Shown here in pieces: positions 1 to 8,627 of a DNA stretch of 64,000 nucleotides. Made by a program: the position numbers and the translations under genes. The stretch is from Bacillota bacterium (GTDB lineage: Bacteria; Bacillota; SHA-98; UBA4971). Every line of letters begins with the position of its first letter. Positions within the stretch are counted from its first letter, which is position 1. Location of the stretch: assembly GCA_040752635.1 (NCBI GenBank), contig JBFMGS010000001.1:29645-93644 (forward strand), written 5' to 3'. The notes beneath the pieces are model-generated. The model worked only from the letters and a program-made list of their open reading frames with translations. It had not been told where the DNA came from and made no database searches.

Positions 1-1016
1 ATGGACATCGTCTCCGAGACCGGTCCGCGCGTCATAAGATCGGCAACCGCCTGTCTCGGGTCCAACTCTGAAAAGAGAATCTCGTGAAGTTTGGAGGCAA
101 CCGGCATGTCCACACCGAACCGCCGTGACAGCGCCACGGCAGCTTTCGTGGTGGGAATGCCCTCCACTACCATTCGCGTCGAACTCAGGACATCGTTGAC
201 ACTCCTGCCGCGTCCGATCTCGATGCCCGCCCGCCGGTTGCGAGAGTGCATACTCATGCACGTCACAATGAGGTCGCCCATACCGGAGAGCCCCGCGAAC
301 GTGAGCGGGTTTGCTCCCATTGCGATCCCGAGCCGTGCAATCTCTGCAAGGCCCCTGGTCATCAGCGCAGCCCGCGTGTTGTCGCCGAAGCCCAACCCGT
401 CGGCGATGCCCGTGGCAAGCGCAATGACGTTTTTCAGTGCACCACCCAATTCCACGCCGACGATGTCGTGGCTTGTGTATACACGAAAGGTGGGGCACAT
501 GAGCACCTCCTGCCCCATCTTTGCCACGCGCTCATCGGTCGACGCCGCCACGATCGCCGTGGGCACCCCTCGTGCGACCTCTTCCGCGTGGCTGGGGCCC
601 GACAACACCCCAATGTTCTCATGGAGCTCCGGCGGAAGCTCCTCCATGAGCACCTGAGACAGGCGGAGGAGCGATCTCTCCTCGATGCCCTTGCCTGCAT
701 GTATGATGATGTGCTCTCGAGTGAGGAAAGGCCGGGCGGCGCGCGCTACTTGGCGCATGTGCTGCGACGGCACGGGCATTAGCAGGAAACTATTCCTGCG
801 AACCACCCTCTCCAGGTCGGTGGTGGCGAAAACGTCCTGCGGAATTTCCACCCCTTCGAGAAACGTCTCGTTCGTGCGGCACGTTGATATCTCGCGGGCC
901 ACGTCCTCCTCCCGGGCCCAAAGATCAACGGCATAGCCCTTGCCCGCGAGCAGTACGGAAAGGGCAGTGCCCCAACCACCCGCTCCAATGACCCCTACGC
1001 GTGGCAAATCATTCAT
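1..1016 (-). CDS. gpsA: NAD(P)H-dependent glycerol-3-phosphate dehydrogenase, 3' end beyond window start
   Basis: Reverse-strand translation from the ATG at 1016 gives MNDLPRVGVIGAGGWGTALSVLLAGKGY..., a Rossmann GxGxxG N-terminus, and the body aligns to the GpsA family. It lies downstream of plsY as in many Firmicutes. There is no stop inside the window, which is why it is absent from the ORF track. Confidence 0.85.
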   Translation of the reverse strand, partial: MNDLPRVGVIGAGGWGTALSVLLAGKGYAVDLWAREEDVAREISTCRTNETFLEGVEIPQDVFATTDLERVVRRNSFLLMPVPSQHMRQVARAARPFLTREHIIIHAGKGIEERSLLRLSQVLMEELPPELHENIGVLSGPSHAEEVARGVPTAIVAASTDERVAKMGQEVLMCPTFRVYTSHDIVGVELGGALKNVIALATGIADGLGFGDNTRAALMTRGLAEIARLGIAMGANPLTFAGLSGMGDLIVTCMSMHSRNRRAGIEIGRGRSVNDVLSSTRMVVEGIPTTKAAVALSRRFGVDMPVASKLHEILFSELDPRQAVADLMTRGPVSETMS

Positions 1017-1040
1017 TGTCCACCAACTCTCAGCAAACTC

Positions 1041-1076
1041 TTAAGTCGCTCGTCATGAACTCACACCACTTTCCTA
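1041..1076 (-). repeat. partial copy (instance D) of the conserved 3'-region element, hairpin-3 part only
   Basis: The minus strand reads AGGAAAGUGGUGUGAGUUCAUGAC..ACUUAAGAG. This matches the GGAAAAGUGGUGU-RGAUUYGUG-..-ACUUAG portion of the elements at 8443-8618, 59357-59446 and 29419-29478. Confidence 0.3.
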
Positions 1077-1382
1077 AACTTGCACTTAGCTCGTTTTCCG
1101 CAGTAGAAACGTCTTCCCAGCTAAAGGACGCAATGGTCACGTGCCGCAAAACAGTTGGAGGACCCCGGCAACTGGCCTTTTAGCAGGCCATTTCTCAATT
1201 TGGTCGCGCTCCTAATGCGGAGAATGGGCTTAGCATATCACTTACTGTCAGGCGTTGCCCGAAGTCTATCTGCAGCGCAGCACCCTTGCAGAGCGCTCCC
1301 ATAGGACCTGGCAAGGAGACCTGGCTAGCAGTGGTCACTCTGTCACGGACGCGAATGCTCTTGCGCATCCACTCTGATACAG

Positions 1383-1982
1383 TCAGTCCGCCGGCTCTCC
1401 CAGCCTGCGTTCTTGTCTGGCAAGAAGCCGTTTAATGTTGGACTGATGCTTTATGATGGCGAAACCTCCGACTACAGCCGCCAGGACTACATACTCAGGC
1501 GGCATTCCCAGGGCGTAAGCTGCCACCGGCGCAAGCGCTGATATCACGATAGACCCCAGGGAGACGTAACGCGTGAGCGCAACCAGCACACCCCACACTG
1601 GAACAAGAACAAGCGCAACCAGCGGCATGCTGGCCAGGACAATTCCGCTGCCGACCCCCATGCCTTTGCCTCCCCCGAATCCCAGGAACACGGACCATGC
1701 GCCCCCAGCAGCGGCAGCGATGCCGCATACCATTGCCCCGGTGGTCCCACCGGCTACCCACCCAAGGTACACACTGAGCGCTCCCTTCCCCATGTCGCCC
1801 GCAAGCACAGCCAGCGCCGGGCCCGGGCCGAGGATACGCAACACATTCGTAGCGCCGATGTTGCCGCTCCCGCGACGCCTCACGTCTACCCCTTTCCAGT
1901 ACTTTCCTACAAGGTACCCGAAGGGAATAGAACCCAGGAGGTAGCTTAGAATCGCAAGCACAGCAAGCCGTTCCCAATTCAT
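1383..1982 (-). CDS. plsY: glycerol-3-phosphate acyltransferase PlsY
   Basis: MNWERLAVLAILSYLLGSIPFGYLVGK...GSGNIGATNVLR is the PlsY signature. It is a multi-TM protein of about 199 aa. Confidence 0.9.
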   Translation of the reverse strand: MNWERLAVLAILSYLLGSIPFGYLVGKYWKGVDVRRRGSGNIGATNVLRILGPGPALAVLAGDMGKGALSVYLGWVAGGTTGAMVCGIAAAAGGAWSVFLGFGGGKGMGVGSGIVLASMPLVALVLVPVWGVLVALTRYVSLGSIVISALAPVAAYALGMPPEYVVLAAVVGGFAIIKHQSNIKRLLARQERRLGEPAD

Positions 1983-2003
1983 GACCTCTCCCCCCGATCC
2001 ATG

Positions 2004-3326
2004 CTACCCTCTCCGGCGGAAATACAGCCTGATCGGAGATCCCCCGAAGTCGAAAGCTTCCCGTAGTTTGTTTTCAAGGTAGCGCCTGTATGAGAAATGT
2101 ACGAGATCCGGGTCGTTCACGAATACCGAAAATGATGGGGGGCGCACGCCTACCTGGGTAGCGTAGTAGAGCCGCAGTTGCTTCCCCCTGTCCTGGGGTG
2201 GCTCAACCCTTATCTGAGCTTCTCTTAACACGTCGTTCAGCGTCGAAGTGGCCACCCGTCGAGCGTGGTTCCGGGCAACTTCTGCAACTACTTTCATGAG
2301 CTTCCAGATACCCTTTCCTGTGAGGGCGGATACAAACACGCACGGCGCGTACAATAGGAAGGCTAGGTCCGTCCGAACAAGCTGCTCCAGCCTGGCCCTG
2401 GCCCCCTTCTCCTCCTGGACGAGATCCCATTTGTTCACGACTATCACAGATGCCCGCCCGGCCTCGTCCGCGTAGCCCGCTATCCTCGCGTCCTGCGAGG
2501 CAAGGCCCGCCGACGCATCGACGACCATCAGCGCCACGTCGCACCTCTCCACGGCTTTGAGGGCACGCAGCGCACTGTACCGTTCAAGGGGGCTTGTCAC
2601 CTTCCCCATCCTGCGCATCCCGGCCGTGTCGATTATGATGAACCGCTGTCCGGACCAGAGGAACGGGGTATCCACAGCATCCCTCGTTGTTCCCGGGTCC
2701 GGGCCCACAATGGACCGCTCCTCGCCGAGGATGGCGTTCACCAGCGACGACTTGCCGACGTTGGGCCTCCCCACCACGGCGACCTTGACCGCATCCTCAT
2801 CCCGGGGCTCCTCGTCGTCCTGGCCCGGCTCGGGCAGCAGCTCCATGACCCGGTCCAGAAGATCCCCTATCCCCGTCCCATGGAGCGATGATACCGGAAC
2901 AGGATCGCCGAACCCGAGAGCGTAGAACTCCATGTAGTCCTCGCGCCGGCCCCCCTCCGCTTTGCCCGCAACGAGCAGCACGGGGCGAGCCGAGCGTCGA
3001 AGAAGATCCGCAACATCACGGTCCTGCGAGACGAGACCGGTCTTGGTGTCAACCACGAAGAGGATGGCGTCGGCCTCGTCTATCGCCATCTTAGCCTGGG
3101 CCCTCGTCATGGCCTCGACGGAGTCACGCGGATCGCCGGTCTCTATTCCCCCTGTGTCCACGAGGACGAACGTCCGGCCCCGCCATTCGACATCGGCGTA
3201 TATGCGATCGCGCGTAACTCCCGCGGTTTCTTCCACGATGGCACGTCGCGTCCCGGTTATCCTGTTGAACAGGGCTGATTTCCCCACGTTGGGTCTGCCT
3301 ACAATCGCAACTACCGGCCTTCCCAC
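2004..3326 (-). CDS. der: ribosome-associated GTPase Der (EngA), two GTP-binding domains plus KH-like C-terminus
   Basis: Two G1 motifs (GRPNVGKSALFN and GRPNVGKSSLVN), DTGG and DTAG motifs, 440 aa. Confidence 0.95.
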   Translation of the reverse strand: MGRPVVAIVGRPNVGKSALFNRITGTRRAIVEETAGVTRDRIYADVEWRGRTFVLVDTGGIETGDPRDSVEAMTRAQAKMAIDEADAILFVVDTKTGLVSQDRDVADLLRRSARPVLLVAGKAEGGRREDYMEFYALGFGDPVPVSSLHGTGIGDLLDRVMELLPEPGQDDEEPRDEDAVKVAVVGRPNVGKSSLVNAILGEERSIVGPDPGTTRDAVDTPFLWSGQRFIIIDTAGMRRMGKVTSPLERYSALRALKAVERCDVALMVVDASAGLASQDARIAGYADEAGRASVIVVNKWDLVQEEKGARARLEQLVRTDLAFLLYAPCVFVSALTGKGIWKLMKVVAEVARNHARRVATSTLNDVLREAQIRVEPPQDRGKQLRLYYATQVGVRPPSFSVFVNDPDLVHFSYRRYLENKLREAFDFGGSPIRLYFRRRG

Positions 3327-4666
3327 GAAAGGCCACCTCTCCTCAGCACATGTTCCGCCAGCGAGCGCGGCGTAGGGGCCGCCACATCAACAGGCATGCC
3401 CGCGAACTGCGCGAGATCGTTCACGGTCATTCCGTCGAGGAACCGTGGTTCGTCCGCTTTGAGGCACACCCGGGGGATAACCATGGCATCGCAGCCTCCC
3501 TCGCCGACGGCCATAAGAAGACTTCTGATGATATCCTGCCCTGTGAGCAGGCCTGCAACGCTCACGCGGGGTCCGAAGAACCGGTTTTTCACTGCAAGGG
3601 CAAAGCACGATACGCCTTTTACGCAAGACAGAAGCTTACAGGTCTCATCGATCAGCGGATACGCATCTTCGCCTGTAATAACCACAATTCTCTTTGGAGT
3701 CTTCACCTCCTGCGGCAGTTTCTCTCTCACACCGGCGAGTTCGTCCATGTAATCACGCATCATGCCGACGCCGTTCTCGATCTGCGGGAAGTCCTCGTAT
3801 GCTTCTCGAGGAGGAATGGGCTTCCCTGCTCTAAGGTAGAGTTCATCCGCTGCGAAAACGAACCTCGACGAATTCCTTCGCATGAATTCTTCCTGCCACT
3901 TCTCCACGCCGAAGAGCGCCCTTACCGCATCCCCGACACTGACGGGCACGACCGGCGCAAGCCCGCGCCTGTGTCGGGTGAGCCCCACAGGAACCACGGC
4001 GCACGACCTCACCCCGGGGAAGAGGGACGCAAGGTCGAAGACGGTCCTCTCGAGTTCTTCCCCGTCATTTACGCCGGGGCATAGCACCACCTGCGTGTGA
4101 ATAGTGATCCCGGACCGCGCGAGCGTACTGAGAGCATTCATCACGTCACAGGGATCCTTTCGCCCCAGTAGCAGCCCGCGCGTCTTGGGGTTCGTCGAGT
4201 GCACAGAGACATAGAGAGGGGACAGCCTCATGGATGTTATGCGGTCAAAGTCCGCGGCCGTGAGATTTGTGAGCGTGATGTAACTCCCGGTCAAAAACGA
4301 CAGCCGATAATCGTCATCCTTAACGTAAAGAGTCCTGCGCACGCCCCGGGGGAGCTGGTCCACAAAACAGAAAGTACACCGGTTTCGACAGAACCTCACG
4401 CCGTCGAAGATCACGTCGCCGAAGTCAAGGCCGAGCGGCTCGTCGTGGTCTTTGGTCACGTCTACCACCAAAATCCCGCCGTCCGGTTTCTCTACCGAGA
4501 GCGAGACCTCCCGGTCTGCAGAGAAAAAGCGAAAGTCAAGTATGTCCCTTACAGGGGCGCCGTTCATGTCAATAAGCCTGTCGCCCGGCCGAATCCCCGC
4601 CTCGTCAGCGATGCTACCTGGCCGGACCCTCACAATGAGCGCGCCCGACGCCGCTTTCGCAGACAT
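3311..4666 (-). CDS. DUF512 family protein (PDZ plus radical-SAM-like fold) typically found upstream of der
   Basis: N-terminal PDZ-like segment (GIRPGDRLIDMNGAPV), CxxxCxxC-like CRNRCTFCF and a DUF512-like C-terminal region. The start is placed at MSAKAASGALIV (internal Met of ORF 3311..4723). Confidence 0.75.
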   Translation of the reverse strand: MSAKAASGALIVRVRPGSIADEAGIRPGDRLIDMNGAPVRDILDFRFFSADREVSLSVEKPDGGILVVDVTKDHDEPLGLDFGDVIFDGVRFCRNRCTFCFVDQLPRGVRRTLYVKDDDYRLSFLTGSYITLTNLTAADFDRITSMRLSPLYVSVHSTNPKTRGLLLGRKDPCDVMNALSTLARSGITIHTQVVLCPGVNDGEELERTVFDLASLFPGVRSCAVVPVGLTRHRRGLAPVVPVSVGDAVRALFGVEKWQEEFMRRNSSRFVFAADELYLRAGKPIPPREAYEDFPQIENGVGMMRDYMDELAGVREKLPQEVKTPKRIVVITGEDAYPLIDETCKLLSCVKGVSCFALAVKNRFFGPRVSVAGLLTGQDIIRSLLMAVGEGGCDAMVIPRVCLKADEPRFLDGMTVNDLAQFAGMPVDVAAPTPRSLAEHVLRRGGLSWEGR

Positions 4667-4822
4667 GTTGCTTATCGTTTCCCCCGTCCGCCCCATCCAT
4701 TCCGGTCTCCATCTGCGTCCCACCCGGCCGAAGCAAGCCCGGAATAGGCAAAGCTTATAGCAAGAGGAGGGATCTTGACCCTCCTCTTGATGTGAAGATC
4801 CAAGGAACTTCTACAGGTACAC

Positions 4823-5728
4823 CTAGTAAGAAATATCGTAGAGAGCATCTTGCAGATCTTTATCGTTGATCTTGATCTGCGCCGCATCCTTCAGTTCCGA
4901 GACAACAACCGATGCGGGTTTCGCCTTATCCTTCTTGACGCGCTTTTCCACGTCGTTGCGGACTTCTTCAAAAGTCGGGGTTCTCTCGGGCTTCTTGTCC
5001 TCAACCCGAATGATGTGGTACCCAAAGGATGACTTCACCGGGGCGCTTGTCTCACCTATCTTAAGAGAAAAAGCGACTTTCTCAAACGCTGGATCCATGA
5101 CCCCTCTGCCGAAATAGCCCAGGTCGCCGCCTTTATCCTTCGACCCGGGGTCCTCGGACTTCGCCTTGGCAAGCTCAGCAAAGTCGGCGCCTCCGGCAAG
5201 CTCCTTCTCAATGTCCTTGGCAGCCTTTTCATCTTTCACAAGGATATGCCGCGCCTTGACCTGCTCTAGCTCTTTGAAATCATCCTTGTGCTCCTGATAG
5301 TACTTCTTGAGTTCGTCCTCGGAAACAGTGACGTCTTTTGTGGCAATAGCATCTAGTAGTAAGCTCGTCTTTATTTGCTCGCGGAGGCTGTCGAGGGTCA
5401 TACCATACTGGGCTAGCGCCTGCTGCAAGCTGGCGTCAGAGCCAAACTGCTCCTTTATCTTGTTGAGCTCCGCTGCGACCTCTTCGTCCGTGACCTTGAT
5501 GTTATACCTCTGGGCTCCCTGCTTTATAAGTTCATCGCGAAGCATCTTCGCCAGTAATTGCCTGCCAGACTGCTTCTCAAGGGCCTTATGAAAAGCCTTC
5601 CATGTGATGGAGGTGGAGTTCACCCTGGCTACAGCTCTAAGATCGGAGTAAGTCCAAACGATAGCGATGGCGGCGAGGCCAACAACCACGAGGCCTATGA
5701 CCGCGGTAAGCGACCTCCTGCTCTTCAC
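4823..5728 (-). CDS. prsA: peptidyl-prolyl cis-trans isomerase, PrsA/SurA-like foldase with N-terminal membrane anchor
   Basis: N-terminal TM segment, SurA-N-like region and a parvulin domain (GGDLGYFGRGVMDPAFEKVAFSL...GYHIIRV). Confidence 0.8.
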   Translation of the reverse strand: MKSRRSLTAVIGLVVVGLAAIAIVWTYSDLRAVARVNSTSITWKAFHKALEKQSGRQLLAKMLRDELIKQGAQRYNIKVTDEEVAAELNKIKEQFGSDASLQQALAQYGMTLDSLREQIKTSLLLDAIATKDVTVSEDELKKYYQEHKDDFKELEQVKARHILVKDEKAAKDIEKELAGGADFAELAKAKSEDPGSKDKGGDLGYFGRGVMDPAFEKVAFSLKIGETSAPVKSSFGYHIIRVEDKKPERTPTFEEVRNDVEKRVKKDKAKPASVVVSELKDAAQIKINDKDLQDALYDISY

Positions 5729-5809
5729 TTTTGGTTCCTCTCCTTTCGATGACGGAGCCTGACGGGTTGGGCAAGAACGGGTTTAGTGTACCACACCCCC
5801 CTTCCGGTG

Positions 5810-6343
5810 TCAACTGCCCTGCACGCTGCCATGTACTCTACTGCTCTGCACGCTATCGCCTGCGCTGCGGGTGTCCCCTGCGCTGCGGTCGTCCAGAAAA
5901 AGCTTGATATTTCTAACCAATTGGACGAACTTGCCGTACGAGCGCCTGACCCCCCAGATGGTAAGGGGACGTCCGACTCCGATGAGACCGACCGCTCTGG
6001 AGAGAAAGCCCCCGACCTTGGTAATGAGCCCCACTTGAGGCAGAGTGTCTACAAGAATGTACTCGGTGCTGGGGACCCCGCAGATTCGGAAGATGCTCTC
6101 GATAGCCTGCTTCACGACCCTTTTGGCCGCGCCCATCCCGATGATGTAGACCTCTCTTCCGGCCTCATCCGTGCCCATGAAAAAGCAGGTGCCGATGTCC
6201 TGGGGGTCCGTCCTGTCGTAATGAGGCACGCCCATAATCTCACGAGGCTCGGGCACCCTGTCGCAAGGCAGCCATCCGATATGGATGGCTGCTGCTACAA
6301 CCGACGAATGTGAACTTCCATAGCAATAGTAAATCACCTTCAT
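5810..6343 (-). CDS. DUF3189 family protein
   Basis: MKVIYYCYGSSHSSVVAAAIHIGWLP is a typical DUF3189 N-terminus. The start is chosen at the second Met. Confidence 0.6.
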   Translation of the reverse strand: MKVIYYCYGSSHSSVVAAAIHIGWLPCDRVPEPREIMGVPHYDRTDPQDIGTCFFMGTDEAGREVYIIGMGAAKRVVKQAIESIFRICGVPSTEYILVDTLPQVGLITKVGGFLSRAVGLIGVGRPLTIWGVRRSYGKFVQLVRNIKLFLDDRSAGDTRSAGDSVQSSRVHGSVQGS

Positions 6344-6372
6344 ACGAGGTGACCTTCGTTCATGCTGCATCA

Positions 6373-7530
6373 CTACTTCTTTTTCCTCTTCAAGCCAAGA
6401 AGGTTAAGAAGCCCACGCGCTCCTATCCCGGATAGCCTCGCACGGATCTTCCGCCAATTATCAGCGTTCGACACCAGGTACGCGCCCCCGCCGAGGGCAA
6501 CGAGACCCACGATCCACGCGATCGTCCGCCCTGCGCCGCCCCGTGTGAGGCCGGCCCCAGGCGCTGCCCGGCCCACCACCTGGGCGATGCTCGACGCGAA
6601 GAGGTCTGCTGCCCGCTCAGCCTGATCAAGGCGGTTGCTGTGCGCACCAACCTCGAGAAGCGTGGCCCTCCCCAGCATGTCCTGGTTGTAGTTTCCTTGG
6701 GCCCACAGTATTCCCTTGACAAGCCCCGGGGTCCTCTTGTCGGCGGCAGCCTTGAGTTGCTTCGCGAACTGTATGTTCTGGCCTCTCGTTTGGTTTTGTT
6801 GCCCGACGACGAGCGTTATCTTGGTGACGTCCTGGCCCGCGACTGTTGCTCTATATGCTTGTGGTGGCACTGCATCCCTGTGGACATCGAAGGCGGCTAC
6901 CGGGCGTTTTTTGAGCAACTGCGCGAGTGTGCGCCTGGACCTTGCATATGCGCCCCCGTCGTGCGGGTTGTGGTTTGCCGTTGACCTTATGACCTCAAAC
7001 CCATTCCTTTTGAGGGCGCTTTCAAGCGCCAAGGCGACCCTGTACACATCTCCCCAGTCTTTCGTGGGAGTGCCGCTCGTGGGCTCGTAAGACTCATCGC
7101 TATGAGAGTTGTACAGGACTATGGTTTTTCCGGCGCCCTCACCCTGGCCGAGGAAGACGCCGCGTAATGCAGCGAGCGCACTTGAAAACAGACGCTGGGG
7201 CATGCCCTGGGGCGCCTCCTCGTCCGGGGCTAGCGCCATGACCTCCATGAAAGCGGCGTGCGCAATATCTCCTTCGACGCTGACGATCTCATAGGCGCGG
7301 TTATCCTCAGCAATGAAGATATCACCGGGCGCAATCATGATCGCCGTCATGAAGATCTCCTTTTTGTCTTCGTCGATTATCGTGAAGTACCCCTCTTTGC
7401 GCTCTTCCTCGGCATGTGCTGCCCCCTGGAACCCGGCGATGCCGCCCACGATCACCGCAAACATCACGAGAATACGTGGCCACAGGGATCGCAGTCGGCT
7501 CTCACCCGGCCTACTCTTGTTCATCGTCAT
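6373..7530 (-). CDS. spoIIP: stage II sporulation protein P (SpoIIP) with extra C-terminal hydrophobic segment and basic tail
   Basis: N-terminal TM, a conserved SpoIIP core (TIVLYNSHSDESYEP...GQQNQ...LLEVG), and a C-terminal TM-like stretch plus KRKKK tail. Confidence 0.85.
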   Translation of the reverse strand: MTMNKSRPGESRLRSLWPRILVMFAVIVGGIAGFQGAAHAEEERKEGYFTIIDEDKKEIFMTAIMIAPGDIFIAEDNRAYEIVSVEGDIAHAAFMEVMALAPDEEAPQGMPQRLFSSALAALRGVFLGQGEGAGKTIVLYNSHSDESYEPTSGTPTKDWGDVYRVALALESALKRNGFEVIRSTANHNPHDGGAYARSRRTLAQLLKKRPVAAFDVHRDAVPPQAYRATVAGQDVTKITLVVGQQNQTRGQNIQFAKQLKAAADKRTPGLVKGILWAQGNYNQDMLGRATLLEVGAHSNRLDQAERAADLFASSIAQVVGRAAPGAGLTRGGAGRTIAWIVGLVALGGGAYLVSNADNWRKIRARLSGIGARGLLNLLGLKRKKK

Positions 7531-8242
7531 CCCTCCCTGTGCCCTCCGGCACTCGGGGTTCTACGCCCGATTCCTCAGGAGCACGCCTGGCAACGGGACT
7601 ATCCACCCTCACCTCGCGCTCCGCGTTGAGGGCCGGGCCCCCCTGCAATCGCTCCATGGCCTCGCCAAAGATCTCAGCGAGGCCTACTGCGACAACGCCA
7701 GCGATCACGACGGCGTCAAATACCCCGGCCCCTCCCACGTCTACGGTGGCAGGCATGCGTCTCGTCACCACCTCTATGAGGTGCGTAACGTCGAGGAGCA
7801 CCACTCCAAGGATGGCGCCTGCAAATGCGGCCCGCCTGGACCTGCCCACCAGGTACGCGACCACGCCGGCCACCAGCCCGAATACGTAGAGAGGATCGAG
7901 TATCATCCGGCCCTCCTCGAAGGCAAACAACTTGGTGATGGCGAACAAGGCTGCCCCCGTTATGACCGCGGAGAGGATCCCCCTCCCTGTCTCACGAGGA
8001 GTATCCGCGCGAGCGAGAACATAGATGGCGATAACGACAGGCACCAGGGCTCCGCCGATATTAAAGCTGACGGACTGGACGCCCCGGAAGACCGGTATGT
8101 CCACGAAGCTCCCCACGAGCATCAACCCGAGTGCCACCAGGGCCTGCCTGTCGTTCAGATGCATCCTGTCGAGTACCCTGTGGGTGAGCCCGAGGAAAAC
8201 CAGAACGCTCACGGCAAGCAGGATGACGAGCCCGACAGTCAT
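7511..8242 (-). CDS. integral membrane protein, DUF1614-like
   Basis: Multiple predicted TM helices and an acidic C-terminal tail. Its start overlaps the spoIIP start region, and the family assignment is from memory only. Confidence 0.45.
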   Translation of the reverse strand: MTVGLVILLAVSVLVFLGLTHRVLDRMHLNDRQALVALGLMLVGSFVDIPVFRGVQSVSFNIGGALVPVVIAIYVLARADTPRETGRGILSAVITGAALFAITKLFAFEEGRMILDPLYVFGLVAGVVAYLVGRSRRAAFAGAILGVVLLDVTHLIEVVTRRMPATVDVGGAGVFDAVVIAGVVAVGLAEIFGEAMERLQGGPALNAEREVRVDSPVARRAPEESGVEPRVPEGTGRDDDEQE

Positions 8243-8442
8243 GCTGTCGCCTCCCTTCGCAGCACAGAACTCATCTCATGTACAGACCGAAAAACAAGAG
8301 ATCGTCTTGCCACACTCTGGAAAGTAGGTTGCCCGGAATCCCAAGCACTTATGCGCAAACACAAAGGCCAGCGGCCCTGCCAGCCACCGGCCCCACTACA
8401 TACCCGCGTGTACTCAGCTCATACTCAAAGGCACTGAGCACT

Positions 8443-8618
8443 CTAAGTATGGCGCCACAAATCTACACCACTTTTCCGGACGGCGGTCCGGGTTGCCGGT
8501 GTTGCTTTCAGCGACAGCGCAGCCCTGGTCCTGACGGCACTGGAAGGGAGCCTTCCCCCCTCCAAGAAGCAAGGGGTGTTGAAACTTGGCTGTCCGTCGA
8601 ATGCAACACCGGTAATCC
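8443..8618 (-). repeat. structured repeat element instance A (long hairpin with GGUUACCGGUGUUGC/GCAACACCGGCAACC arms, hairpin CCGGACCGCCGUCCGG, hairpin AAGUGGUGU-AGAUUUGUG-GCGCC-AU-ACUU) immediately 3' of ispH-rpsA
   Basis: Seen directly. About 59 nt of its 3' portion is 85-90% identical to copies at 59357-59446 (minus) and 29419-29478 (plus). Confidence 0.5.
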
Positions 8619-8627
8619 TGCGGAAGC

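Noticed and set aside
91-988. Several 60-190 aa ORFs on the plus strand (91..657, 246..782, 685..936) and a minus-strand ORF 779..988
   Set aside because: All overlap the clearly recognisable gpsA reading frame (minus strand, 1..1016) out of frame or antisense, and none has homology. They are high-GC artefacts.
8443-8618. Repeat element A as RNase P RNA, SRP RNA, tmRNA or 6S RNA
   Set aside because: I checked for the P4 motifs (GGAAAGUCCGG / ACAGAANCCGGCUUA), the SRP helix-8 motif (GGAAGGAAGCAGC) and a tmRNA tag-ORF plus CCA end, and none is present. The interior is not conserved between copies (23 to 100 nt), which is incompatible with a single-copy essential RNA.
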